A stretch of 64,000 nt of DNA from the NCBI GenBank assembly GCA_046328265.1, contig JAXLWW010000019.1, positions 3,370 to 67,369 of the forward strand. Direction: 5' to 3'. Positions within the stretch are counted from its first letter, which is position 1. The number at the start of each line of letters is the position of its first letter. The notes under the pieces are model-generated. The model had not been told where the DNA came from and made no database searches. It saw only the letters and a program-made list of their open reading frames with translations. Made by a program: the position numbers and the translations under genes. Source of the stretch: Dehalococcoidia bacterium (GTDB taxonomy: Bacteria > Chloroflexota > Dehalococcoidia > SpSt-223). Of this stretch, positions 8,634 through 17,566 are shown piece after piece.

Positions 8634-9731
8634 TTACTTGGTGCAGACGCGGATCGGGATCCAGTTGCCTGGTGCGGCATCCGGGTCGATCGACCTGAAC
8701 CCCGCTGACTTCATCGCCCCGATCAGGTCTGAGTAGACAAAGCCGCTGCCAAAGCGCTCGCCATTGTGGTTGGTATCAAAGTCACGGGTGTAGCCGCCGA
8801 CGGTTGCCTCTTGGCTCACTGGCCGATTGGGGAAATCGGCCATGGCAAAAATCCCGCCGGGCCGGAGCACCCGATACGCCTCTCGAACCACCTGATGGCC
8901 AACCTCAACCGGCAGTTCATGAAATAGGATGAACGCCCAGACGAGGTCGACACTGCCATCGGTGAACTTCAGGTCTTCCGCCGGCATCTGGGCGAAATGG
9001 ACATCGAGGCCCATCGTTGCCGCGCGCAGGTGGCCGTAGCGCACCATCGGCGCAGAGATGTCCGTCCCCCAGACTTCGGCGTTTGGAAAGCGCTCCTTGA
9101 GAGCAGTGGCGCTCTGGCCAGCCGAACAACCGAGGTCGACGATGCGGCGCACCTGGCCGTCTTCGGGCGGGGGAACGAGGGCGATCAGGTCGCGCTGAAG
9201 ATCGTCGTCATTGTTGCGGCCGGTAAAGAAGACCTTTGTGCCATAGTGATAGAAGAACCCGGCGAGCGGATCGGTCCAATAGCCGCCCGGCTGGAGGTGG
9301 AAGCGACTGTTCTTGAAGTAGGCCGGGTAGTCGAAGTTCGGGTCCCATTGCACCGACCCTGGCCCGGACTTGTCGGCCAGATCGAGCGCCGCAAGGAGCT
9401 CGGCCTCACGCTTGCGATAGGTGGTGTTGATCCCGACCCACTTCATCTCCTGAGTCGAGCGCATCAGCCGGTTGCGCGAGGCGACAATCGGCAGCGGATC
9501 GAGCGTCCGCTTGACATCCTCGAGGGTCCTTGGCGGCGCTTCACGCAACGCTTCCTCGGCGATCCTGGTCATCACCGGTGCGACCTGCTTCTGGGTGAAT
9601 GAGCGAAGACCCTCCGCGAAATAGAGGTAGCTGTCGTCTTCGCGCTCGGCCGCCTGTGGCGTCGTTCCCCATACGTCTGGCATCTCGCCCCTTTCCCCGG
9701 CCTCCTCAGCCGCACTTCGAAGGAGTTTCAC
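8634..9731 (-). CDS. Class I SAM-dependent methyltransferase with an N-terminal extension of about 170 aa
   Basis: Motif I is VDLGCSAGQS, followed by TDISAPMV and the post-I/II motifs DLVWAFILFHELP. Confidence 0.75.
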   Translation of the reverse strand: MKLLRSAAEEAGERGEMPDVWGTTPQAAEREDDSYLYFAEGLRSFTQKQVAPVMTRIAEEALREAPPRTLEDVKRTLDPLPIVASRNRLMRSTQEMKWVGINTTYRKREAELLAALDLADKSGPGSVQWDPNFDYPAYFKNSRFHLQPGGYWTDPLAGFFYHYGTKVFFTGRNNDDDLQRDLIALVPPPEDGQVRRIVDLGCSAGQSATALKERFPNAEVWGTDISAPMVRYGHLRAATMGLDVHFAQMPAEDLKFTDGSVDLVWAFILFHELPVEVGHQVVREAYRVLRPGGIFAMADFPNRPVSQEATVGGYTRDFDTNHNGERFGSGFVYSDLIGAMKSAGFRSIDPDAAPGNWIPIRVCTK

Positions 9732-9792
9732 TCACCTGGTTGATGCGTTCAAACTGTTATTCGGAGGTTCCCGGACGTGCATCTCAGGTGCG

Positions 9793-11217
9793 CTAGCCGA
9801 CCGACGGACCAGATCCCAATCCTGGTTCGGTCATCGCCACCGGATCCAAGAGTTCGTCGAGTTCGGCTTCGCTGAGTGAGGTTCGCTCCCGAGCAACCTC
9901 CCGGATCGTCTGGCCGGTCTTGAACGCTTCTTTGGAAATATCCGCCGCGGCATCGTAGCCGATCCGAGGCGCCAATCCGGTGCAAATCGCCAGTCCCTTC
10001 TCGACCATTTCCGGGCCTCGCTCGGTCGCCTTCAGACCTTCGATGCACTGCCCGGCGAAATTCGCGCTTGCCTTGGCAAGCAACTCGATCGACTGAAGGA
10101 GATTAAAGGCGGCGACTGGCATCATCACATTGAGCTCGAAGTTTCCCCATTGACCACAAATCGTGACGGTCGTGTGGTTGCCGATTACTTGGGCGCAGAC
10201 CATCAGGAGGCTCTCCGCAATGACCGGGTTGACCTTCCCCGGCATAATCGAACTCCCCGGTTGCACCTCCGGAAGCTGCAGTTCATACAGTCCGGCGCGA
10301 GGCCCAGAACCGAGCCACCGGATGTCGTTTGCCATTTTCATAAAGCTCGCGGCGATGGTGTTGAGCACGCCGCTCGCCTCGACCACCGCATCGATCGTCG
10401 ATTGGGCCTGGAAATGGTTTGTTGTTTCCCGAATGGTGACGTGGTTCCAGGCGGATAGCTTCTCGGTCACCCGACGGGCAAACTCCTCGTGCGCATTGAC
10501 ACCGGTGCCAACTGCCGTTCCGCCGAGCGGCACCTCGGCAAGCTCATCCATCGCGTGGCCAAGCAGCCGGATCGCCCGGTCGACCTGGCCCCGGTAACCA
10601 AGGAACTCCTGGCCGAGGCGGATCGGTGTGGCATCCTGAAGGTGGGTCCGGCCAGTCTTAATAATCGGCCAGAACTCCTCGGACTTTCGAGTGAGAGCCT
10701 CACGAAGCCGTTCAAGCGCCGGCAGGAGGTCGTCCTTGATCGCCAGCAGACCGGCCACCTGCATCGCGGTTGGGATGGTGTCGTTCGATGACTGACCGAA
10801 GTTGACATGGTCATTGGGATGGACGGGGTCTTTCGAACCGAGTTGCCCGCCGAGTAGCTCGATGGCACGGTTGGAGATCACCTCGTTCATGTTCATGTTG
10901 GTCGAGGTGCCCGACCCGGTCTGAAAGACATCAACCACGAAATGGGAATGCAGCCGACCCTCCATCACTTCGTCGGAAGCACGGACGATCGCATCGGCGA
11001 CCTGATCATCGATCACGCCCAACTCGCGGTTGACCTCGGCGGCGGCTCGCTTGATCTGGGCAAGGGTGCGCAAGAAGCGGCGATTGAGCCGCAGATCGCT
11101 GATCGGAAAATTCAACTCGGCGCGTCGCGTCTGCGCCCCGTAGTAGGCGGACGCGGGGACTTCCATCGTCCCGAGGGAATCCTTCTCGATACGGGTACCA
11201 GCCTGGGTGGTCAACAT
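9793..11217 (-). CDS. fumC: Fumarate hydratase, class II
   Basis: Contains MLTTQAGTRIEKDSLGTMEVPASAYYGAQTRRAELNFPIS...GSSIMPGKVNP. The track ORF (to 11547) was trimmed to the ATG at 11217, where homology begins. Confidence 0.95.
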   Translation of the reverse strand: MLTTQAGTRIEKDSLGTMEVPASAYYGAQTRRAELNFPISDLRLNRRFLRTLAQIKRAAAEVNRELGVIDDQVADAIVRASDEVMEGRLHSHFVVDVFQTGSGTSTNMNMNEVISNRAIELLGGQLGSKDPVHPNDHVNFGQSSNDTIPTAMQVAGLLAIKDDLLPALERLREALTRKSEEFWPIIKTGRTHLQDATPIRLGQEFLGYRGQVDRAIRLLGHAMDELAEVPLGGTAVGTGVNAHEEFARRVTEKLSAWNHVTIRETTNHFQAQSTIDAVVEASGVLNTIAASFMKMANDIRWLGSGPRAGLYELQLPEVQPGSSIMPGKVNPVIAESLLMVCAQVIGNHTTVTICGQWGNFELNVMMPVAAFNLLQSIELLAKASANFAGQCIEGLKATERGPEMVEKGLAICTGLAPRIGYDAAADISKEAFKTGQTIREVARERTSLSEAELDELLDPVAMTEPGLGSGPSVG

Positions 11218-11310
11218 GGGCTCCTTTGCGACACCTGGCCGAGATCCTAGAGACGCCGAATGGGCGCTGTCAACGCGCGGTACGTCTGGAATGGGCCAGG
11301 GTCTGCTCGG

Positions 11311-11316
11311 TATAAT
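11311..11316 (+). promoter_or_regulatory. Consensus -10 box (TATAAT) for the small ORF / M23 peptidase transcript
   Basis: A perfect TATAAT lies 24 nt upstream of the ATG at 11341. GGAGGA sits in between. The -35 is weak (TGGAAT/GGAATG). Confidence 0.4.
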
Positions 11317-11340
11317 TCGCGCGCCCCTTTCGGAGGACAA

Positions 11341-11544
11341 ATGGATCGGCCAATCAATGGGATCTGGTTCAACAAAGAGACCGGCAATGTCTTGCGGGTG
11401 AACTCGCCCTATTACAAAGACGAAGTTGCCAAGCCCAATTGGGTCTTTCTGACCGACGAAGTGAATATGACCCTCGTTCGGGTGCGTGAACTGGCCTCGG
11501 AACGAGGGCTGGCCGACGACCCGACCAGCATCACCTGGTCTTAG
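11341..11544 (+). CDS. Small conserved-looking hypothetical protein (67 aa)
   Basis: The ATG is preceded by cGGAGGAcaa. The sequence is MDRPINGIWFNKETGNVLRVNSPYYKDEVAKPNWVFLTDEVNMTLVRVRELASERGLADDPTSITWS. The stop lies 1 nt before the M23 peptidase ATG. Confidence 0.55.
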   Translation: MDRPINGIWFNKETGNVLRVNSPYYKDEVAKPNWVFLTDEVNMTLVRVRELASERGLADDPTSITWS

Positions 11545-11545
11545 C

Positions 11546-12739
11546 ATGCGTCGTCAGCGCTCATCCGGCATCTCACGCCGGGCCTTCTTGGTCGGGGGCG
11601 TCGGAGTGCTGGGCGCAAGCGCCATCGTCTCACCGCCGGGGCGGAATCTCCTCGGTCTAAGTGGCTGGTGGTTGACAAACTCCACCGCTCCTGAGGTACG
11701 GCTAAGCGTCCCCGAAGGGGTCTCACGCGGCGCGGTTCAGGTCACCGTTGAGGTTGGACCTACGCCGAGTTGGGCCTTCGTCGAAGCATCGATTGATGGC
11801 CGGCCACTCGAACCGGGTCCGGTGATCGCGATTGACACGAGGCAACTCAAAGACGGTGACCACCTCGTCCGTTTGGCCGTGCGCGACGGCTCGTTGCGCC
11901 GCAATGTCCGTTGGGTTGATGCCCCGCTCAGGTCAGACAACACGCCGCCACAAGTCGTCCTTGAGACGAAGTCGCCAAATGGAATTCAGGGTCGCACCGT
12001 CAAGCTCGAGGCGCGAGCAAACGAGCCGGTGCAACTGTCTCTCCAGCAGGGGCAGAATCCGCCGATCTACTTCGCGGAAGAAGGCGGGGCTTACGTCGCC
12101 CTGATCGGCATCGATCCTGCGGCAGCGCCCGGTTCGGCTCCATTCAAATTGGTCGCCAGGGACCTGGCGGGCAATGAGACCGTTCTGGACACCCAGATCC
12201 AGGTGGGGCGAGGAAGCTTCCTCTCTGAGCATATCGTTTTGTCTGCCGATCACTTGCGTTTTTTCACCTCCGGCCAGTACGACCTCGAACTCAAGCAGTT
12301 GAACGAGTACTACTCGAACAGCGGCAATGAAAAGCTCTGGGAAGGAAGCTTTGAACAACCGGTACGGGGCGTCGTGTCGTCCGGGTACGGGATCGACCGC
12401 AGCTTCAATGGGGCCGAGCGACGTCGACACCTTGGCACCGATTTTGACGTCCCGGTTGGCACCCCGATCGCGGCGGTCGCCCGGGGTAAAGTCGTGTTTG
12501 CCCAACAGCTTCCGGTGCGCGGCAACGCCGTGGTTCTCGACCATGGCGTCGGGGTGCACAGCACCTACTACCACATGTCGCGGCTGGATGTGAAGCCAGG
12601 CGACCTTGTTGCGAAGAGTCAGCCGCTCGGTCTCTCCGGCGCGACTGGAAAGGTGACCGGGCCGCACATCCATTTCGAAATCCGGATCGCCGGGGTGGCG
12701 GTCGAACCGATGGAGTGGCTGCGGACCCGCTTTCTCTAG
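11546..12739 (+). CDS. Tat-exported M23 (LytM-type) metallopeptidase
   Basis: Twin-arginine signal SRRAFLVGGVGVLGASA. The C-terminal M23 motifs are HLGTDFDVPVGTPI...HSTYYHMS...GPHIHFEI. Trimmed to the ATG at 11546. Confidence 0.85.
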   Translation: MRRQRSSGISRRAFLVGGVGVLGASAIVSPPGRNLLGLSGWWLTNSTAPEVRLSVPEGVSRGAVQVTVEVGPTPSWAFVEASIDGRPLEPGPVIAIDTRQLKDGDHLVRLAVRDGSLRRNVRWVDAPLRSDNTPPQVVLETKSPNGIQGRTVKLEARANEPVQLSLQQGQNPPIYFAEEGGAYVALIGIDPAAAPGSAPFKLVARDLAGNETVLDTQIQVGRGSFLSEHIVLSADHLRFFTSGQYDLELKQLNEYYSNSGNEKLWEGSFEQPVRGVVSSGYGIDRSFNGAERRRHLGTDFDVPVGTPIAAVARGKVVFAQQLPVRGNAVVLDHGVGVHSTYYHMSRLDVKPGDLVAKSQPLGLSGATGKVTGPHIHFEIRIAGVAVEPMEWLRTRFL

Positions 12740-12745
12740 GGAGCG

Positions 12746-13741
12746 CTACTCTTCCGCAACGGTGCGCAAGATCTCTTCGACAATCCGGTCTGTGGTGACA
12801 GCTTCGGCCTCGCCTTGGAAGTTCAAGATCACCCGGTGACGAAGAGCCGGATATGCGACCTCTCGCAGGTCGGCGAACGCAACATTGAACCGACCATCAA
12901 GCAGCGCCAGGACCTTTGCTGCCAGGATCATCGCTTGGGCGCCGCGTGGGCTGGAACCGTAACGAACGTACTGGCGGACGATCGGCGGTGCACCAGGCTG
13001 GTCAGGGTGGGTCGCCATCAACAGGCGCACGGCGTACTCGCGCACATGGCTGGCGATCGGCACATCGCGAGCCAGATCGCCCATTCGCTCGACCAGATCG
13101 CCGTCGGCGACTCTGGCCACGTCCGACTGTGGCGCGGATGTGGTGCGGTCAAGGATCTCGGCCAGTTCGTTGGCGGCAGGAAACCCAACGGTAAGCTTGA
13201 AGAAGAAACGGTCGAGTTGCGCCTCGGGCAGGGGGTAGGTTCCTTCCATTTCGATGGGATTCTGGGTGGCGAGCACGAAGAACGGATGCGGCAGCCGGTG
13301 GATCGTGTTGCTCATGGAGACAGTGTGCTCTTGCATCGCTTCGAGCAGCGCGCTCTGGGTTTTGGGTGTCGCGCGGTTGATCTCGTCCGCCAGCACGAGG
13401 TTGGCGAAGACCGGCCCTTCCTGAAATCGGAAGGATCGCCGGCCGTGCTCGTCCTCGGCGATGATATTGGTCCCGAGAATATCCGACGGCATCAAGTCCG
13501 GCGTGAACTGGATCCGGCTGAAGTGGAGGTCCAGGGCCTCGGCGAGGGTTCGCACCATCATTGTCTTGCCCAGACCTGGCACGCCTTCGAGCAGGACATG
13601 GCCGCCGGAAACCAGCGAAATGAGTACCTGGCGCAAGATCGCCTCTTGACCGACGATCACCTTGGCGATTTCACGCTGAATTGCCAATGCGGCATCGCGA
13701 AACTCGCCGGCGCTGAGGCTCGCGTCTCGGGCGGTGGTCAT
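12746..13741 (-). CDS. MoxR-family AAA+ ATPase
   Basis: Contains GHVLLEGVPGLGKT (Walker A), LADEINRATPKTQSALLEAMQE (Walker B/sensor) and SPRGAQAMILAAK. Trimmed to the ATG at 13741. Confidence 0.9.
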   Translation of the reverse strand: MTTARDASLSAGEFRDAALAIQREIAKVIVGQEAILRQVLISLVSGGHVLLEGVPGLGKTMMVRTLAEALDLHFSRIQFTPDLMPSDILGTNIIAEDEHGRRSFRFQEGPVFANLVLADEINRATPKTQSALLEAMQEHTVSMSNTIHRLPHPFFVLATQNPIEMEGTYPLPEAQLDRFFFKLTVGFPAANELAEILDRTTSAPQSDVARVADGDLVERMGDLARDVPIASHVREYAVRLLMATHPDQPGAPPIVRQYVRYGSSPRGAQAMILAAKVLALLDGRFNVAFADLREVAYPALRHRVILNFQGEAEAVTTDRIVEEILRTVAEE

Positions 13742-13849
13742 GGCGCTCCTTGCAGCGGGGATCGGCGCCCGCGGCCGGACGCCTGGAAAGTATCGTCTAT
13801 TCGCGAAAGAGGGTACCATCCACCCGAACCGACACGGGGGAATTTCCGG

Positions 13850-14593
13850 ATGTTCGATCACTCCGCCGGTGCGATCGCTCTGGTCGGGTCCGGCGAGTAT
13901 CTACCGGTCATGGACGAGATTGACCGTGCGCTACTGGCCACCTTGCCGAAGAACCCGTTGGTCGCCTTACTGCCGACCGCGAGTGGGCTGGAACCTGGTT
14001 CGCCCGAGCGTTGGAACCGGCTGGGGATGACCCATTTCAGCGGACTGGGCGTCGAGACTGTTGCCCTGGAACTGCTCGGCCGGCAGGATGCGTTCGACCA
14101 AGCGATCCAGGCGGCGCTCACCCTGGCAAACTTCTTCTACTTTTCGGGTGGCAATCCAAACCACCTCGTCGAGACGCTGCAGGGCACGCCAGCCTGGGAC
14201 ATCATGGCCCGTGCCCATGGGACGGGCGCCGTGATCGCCGGCTGCAGCGCAGGCGCGATGATGCTCGGAGGCTACACGGTCCGGCTGCGTGGGCTGATGA
14301 CCGGTGAGCCGCCAAGCCTTGCACCGGCGCTTGGCGTCGTGCCGAACGTCGCGGTTCTCCCCCATTTTGACCGCTTTGCCGCGCGCCTCGGTCAGGCTGC
14401 ACCACAAGCATTCACCGAGATGGCTCCCGAGATATTGGCAGTGCTGGGGATCGACGAGGACACCGCCCTGGTGCGTCTGCTGCCCGACCACCCCTGGCAG
14501 GTAATGGGCCGCCAGACCGTCACCGTCTTTCGGCAGGGACTGCCTCCGGCGGTCTTCCGCGCCGGTGAGGCGGTCGCCCTGCCCGAACGGTAG
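13850..14593 (+). CDS. Peptidase S51 / cyanophycinase-like type-1 glutamine-amidotransferase-fold protein
   Basis: This is the real C-terminal part of the 592-aa track ORF. It begins MFDHSAGAIALVGSGEYLP...FYFSGGNPNHLVETL...IAGCSAGAMML. The ATG is at 13850. Confidence 0.7.
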   Translation: MFDHSAGAIALVGSGEYLPVMDEIDRALLATLPKNPLVALLPTASGLEPGSPERWNRLGMTHFSGLGVETVALELLGRQDAFDQAIQAALTLANFFYFSGGNPNHLVETLQGTPAWDIMARAHGTGAVIAGCSAGAMMLGGYTVRLRGLMTGEPPSLAPALGVVPNVAVLPHFDRFAARLGQAAPQAFTEMAPEILAVLGIDEDTALVRLLPDHPWQVMGRQTVTVFRQGLPPAVFRAGEAVALPER

Positions 14594-14607
14594 GCGCCGA
14601 GAATCAA

Positions 14608-14636
14608 CAAGCGCTGGGTCAGTCACCCAGCGCTTG
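14608..14636. terminator. Bidirectional stem-loop between convergent genes
   Basis: CAAGCGCTGGG-tcagtca-CCCAGCGCTTG forms a perfect 11-bp stem. It sits between the stops at 14593 (+) and 14657 (-). Confidence 0.6.
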
Positions 14637-14656
14637 GTCGATCGCGACGAGGGTAT

Positions 14657-15055
14657 CTAGTGGCCGCCGCAGGAGCAGTTGCCACCGCATCCGCCGCCCG
14701 AGCCATGGCTGTGGCCGTGGCCTTCTTCATCGGCGGCATTGAACGATTGGCCGCAGGCGCAGCTTGAGACGGCGTTCGGGTTGCGGATGGTGAAACCAGC
14801 ACCCATCAGGCTGTCGACGTAGTCGATCTCAGCGCCGTAGAGCAACATCGCGCTCTCACCATCGACCAGAATATTGAACCGGCCGGCCTCGACGATCTCG
14901 TCGTCGTCCTGCTTCTGGTCGTCGAACATCAAACCATACTGGTAGCCCGAGCACCCGCCACCGGCGATGAACACGCGAAGCCCAAATCCGGCCTTGCCTT
15001 CCCGCTCGATCAGTTGCTCGACCTTTTCGACGGCGTCCGAGGTAATGGTAATCAT
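14657..15055 (-). CDS. IscA/HesB/ErpA-type Fe-S cluster insertion protein with a His/Gly/Cys-rich C-terminal tail
   Basis: Contains GLRVFIAGGGCSGYQY...NPNAVSSCACGQSF (the family's three Cys), followed by an extra tail AADEEGHGHSHGSGGGCGGNCSCGGH. Confidence 0.85.
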   Translation of the reverse strand: MITITSDAVEKVEQLIEREGKAGFGLRVFIAGGGCSGYQYGLMFDDQKQDDDEIVEAGRFNILVDGESAMLLYGAEIDYVDSLMGAGFTIRNPNAVSSCACGQSFNAADEEGHGHSHGSGGGCGGNCSCGGH

Positions 15056-15255
15056 GCTTGAAGCGCCTCCCGCGCCGGTCCTATCGGTTTCCCGGCACCT
15101 ATTCGGTGCGAGTGCAAGTATCGGTCCCGTTGCAGGGGGCTGTCAAGCGGACTTACGTCGTGATCCGACCAGAATTGTGTGATCGGTGTCCGAATCCGAA
15201 CGGGCCTTGCCAGGTGATGCGGTATGATGCGCCCACCTAGCAGAGGAGCAAACCG

Positions 15256-16269
15256 ATGGCGCGACGAGGGATTTCGCTGGCGTACAGCGAACTAACCGAA
15301 AAACCCGATCTTGCCCGCAAAGCCGATCAGGCTGGCTTCGACTATATCTGGAATTCGGGTGAGAGTATCCCCGTGTTCGGCGCAATGAGCCTGACCACTC
15401 AACGCGCCAAGATCGGCAGCGGTGTGGTTCGCGCCTTCGCCCACGACGCCCGTTCGCTCGCCCAGCATTGTGTTGACCTGCAACAGCTTTCCGGCGGGCG
15501 GTTCATGCTGGGGCTCGGCGGCGGCACCAAGCGAATGAACATCAATTCGCTCGGCCAGGCCTTTGAGCACCCGGCAACGCGCCTGCGCGAGATGATCCGC
15601 CTCCTGCGTACGGTCTGGGCAACACCAGCGGGCGAGCCGCTCAAGTTCGAAGGCCAGTACTATCAGTATTCGGGAAGCGGAATGGGTGGATCGCGCCGCC
15701 GCCAGGTCGAGATTCCGCCCACCCCGGTCTACCTCGCGGCGGTCAATCGGTCGATGTTCCGGTTGGCTGGTGAGTTGTGTGATGGTCTGTGTGGCCACCC
15801 GATCGCGTCGGTACGCTTCATCAATGACGTGGCCTGGCCATCGATCGACGAAGGTCTCCAGCGCGCGGGCCGCACCCGCGACAGTTTCGACCACCATGCC
15901 TGGATCATCACGGCGATCAGCAACGACCGCCAGCAGGCAATGCGCGAAGCGAAGTTCCATATGGCGCGGTTCATGGCGACCCGTTCATACGCCATCGTAT
16001 TGGACTCCCAGGGTCTCGAATCGGTCCGCCATGAGGTCCAGGAGGCGTTCTTCCAACACAACGAGGACCTTGAGAAACTGATCGCCGCGGTACCCGACGA
16101 AGTCGCCGCGCAGCACGCCATCTTTGGCACCATCGACGACGTCCGTCAGCAAGCAAAGCGCTACGAGGACCTCGTCTCGACGACAACCTTCTATACGGCG
16201 TCGTTCTCGATGGCGCCTGATCGCATTCGCGAAAATATCAACCTGATGATCGAGGCGTTCGGCCGCTAA
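15256..16269 (+). CDS. Luciferase-like (LLM class) flavin/F420-dependent oxidoreductase
   Basis: 337 aa with FDYIWNSGESIP...GRFMLGLGGG..., LLM-like throughout. GAGGAG precedes the ATG. Confidence 0.75.
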   Translation: MARRGISLAYSELTEKPDLARKADQAGFDYIWNSGESIPVFGAMSLTTQRAKIGSGVVRAFAHDARSLAQHCVDLQQLSGGRFMLGLGGGTKRMNINSLGQAFEHPATRLREMIRLLRTVWATPAGEPLKFEGQYYQYSGSGMGGSRRRQVEIPPTPVYLAAVNRSMFRLAGELCDGLCGHPIASVRFINDVAWPSIDEGLQRAGRTRDSFDHHAWIITAISNDRQQAMREAKFHMARFMATRSYAIVLDSQGLESVRHEVQEAFFQHNEDLEKLIAAVPDEVAAQHAIFGTIDDVRQQAKRYEDLVSTTTFYTASFSMAPDRIRENINLMIEAFGR

Positions 16270-16293
16270 CCCAGCGCTTCACGGGAAATCGCG

Positions 16294-16773
16294 ATGACCA
16301 CGGCTATTCGCGCCTACCTGCCGACTGATGATGTGGTGGTCGCCGAGGTCTGGCATCGGTCCGGGCGGGATCGATACACGTTTCTACCAACCTGGCAAAC
16401 GTTCACGCTCGAACAGGCTCGGGACGTCTTCCACCAGTCGATTGCGCCGGAGTGTGAACTCTGGGTTGGCACGATTGATGGCAGGATCGTCGCATTTCTC
16501 GCCATGAAGATGAGCTACATCGACCGGTTGTATGTCGAACCGTCAGAGCAGGGAAACGGTTGGGGTAGGCGTCTTCTCGAATACGCCAAGGACCTGCATC
16601 CAGCAGGTCTAGAACTCCACACTCATCAGGAAAACCGAGGAGCGCGCCGGTTCTATGAACGGAACGGATTCAACGCGGTCCGGTATGGCACCAGCCCGCC
16701 GCCCGAGTCAGCGCCAGATGTCGAATACCATTGGCGTCCCGACGAAAAAGCCTCCCACTCGCGGCACGATTGA
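16294..16773 (+). CDS. GNAT family N-acetyltransferase
   Basis: Contains LYVEPSEQGNGWGRRLLEYA...NRGARRFYERNGF, the acetyl-CoA-binding motif A. Confidence 0.8.
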   Translation: MTTAIRAYLPTDDVVVAEVWHRSGRDRYTFLPTWQTFTLEQARDVFHQSIAPECELWVGTIDGRIVAFLAMKMSYIDRLYVEPSEQGNGWGRRLLEYAKDLHPAGLELHTHQENRGARRFYERNGFNAVRYGTSPPPESAPDVEYHWRPDEKASHSRHD

Positions 16774-16818
16774 TGCCCCCGCCCGGATGATCGCCAGATT
16801 GACCGGCAAGCCGTTGGC

Positions 16819-17529
16819 CTAGGAACCAGGGTCCAGTTGTTGAAAGAATCGCGTCGCCTCTTCCAGGCCAGAAGGCGAGCCGACCTCATAGAAGCGCGTC
16901 GTGACCTCAAACCCGGCGAGAGCCCCGCGATCGGCAAGGTCGCGCTGGACGACCGCGAGATCGAGCGGTTGGTCCTCCGGATAGCCATCGAAGGCATTGG
17001 CGCGAAAGGCGTTGAGCCCGTAGTCGATGTGGGCCATCTCGGGTATGGGATTTATCTTGTCATAACACGCGATCCGATTGTCCCGGAATAGAACGTTACT
17101 GCGATCCCAACGTCCTTGGTTGCGATAGACCGTCATCAGTCCGTCTTGGCCGCTCGCGAAGAAGGCGCGTTCTGCTGCGCGGTAGTCGATGTTGAGGTAG
17201 GAATCGCCATAGAGGGTGAAGAACGCGTCCCCGAGCAACGGGATGGCCGCGCGCACCGCACCACCGGTGCCGCGCAGCACGGGCCCATCGAAGACGTATT
17301 CGATGTCGACACCGAGCGATCTGCCGTCGCCAAGCACAGCCCGAATCTGCTCACCCAGATGACCGACGAGGAACACCAGGCGGCGGTAACCGTTGCGGCG
17401 AAGGAGAGCAATCTGGCGAAGGGCGAACGGCTGACCAGCCACTTCGACAAGCGCCTTTGGGATCGTCTCGGTGATCGGCCGCAGGCGGGTCGCGAGGCCG
17501 CCGGCGAGGATCGCGATCGGCAGGGGCAT
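16819..17529 (-). CDS. Sugar-phosphate nucleotidyltransferase
   Basis: N-terminal ILAGGLATRLRPITETIPKALVEV (GxGTRLxP signature). 236 aa. Confidence 0.8.
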   Translation of the reverse strand: MPLPIAILAGGLATRLRPITETIPKALVEVAGQPFALRQIALLRRNGYRRLVFLVGHLGEQIRAVLGDGRSLGVDIEYVFDGPVLRGTGGAVRAAIPLLGDAFFTLYGDSYLNIDYRAAERAFFASGQDGLMTVYRNQGRWDRSNVLFRDNRIACYDKINPIPEMAHIDYGLNAFRANAFDGYPEDQPLDLAVVQRDLADRGALAGFEVTTRFYEVGSPSGLEEATRFFQQLDPGS

Positions 17530-17566
17530 CGCCGGAGTATAGACGCCCGGCTACACTGGGGGGCGC

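Noticed and set aside
11218-11547. 110-codon N-terminal extension of fumC in the track ORF (9793..11547)
   Set aside because: Fumarase homology starts at MLTTQAGTRIEKDSLG (ATG at 11217). The extension would overlap the plus-strand small ORF, which has a consensus -10 box and a Shine-Dalgarno sequence.
12815-14593. 592-aa plus-strand ORF, the longest plus-strand ORF in this region of the track
   Set aside because: It is a chimera. Its first ~345 codons are the antisense shadow of the MoxR gene (12746-13741) and its upstream region, with low-complexity Arg/Gly/His-rich sequence. Only the part from the ATG at 13850 onward looks like a real protein (S51-peptidase-like).
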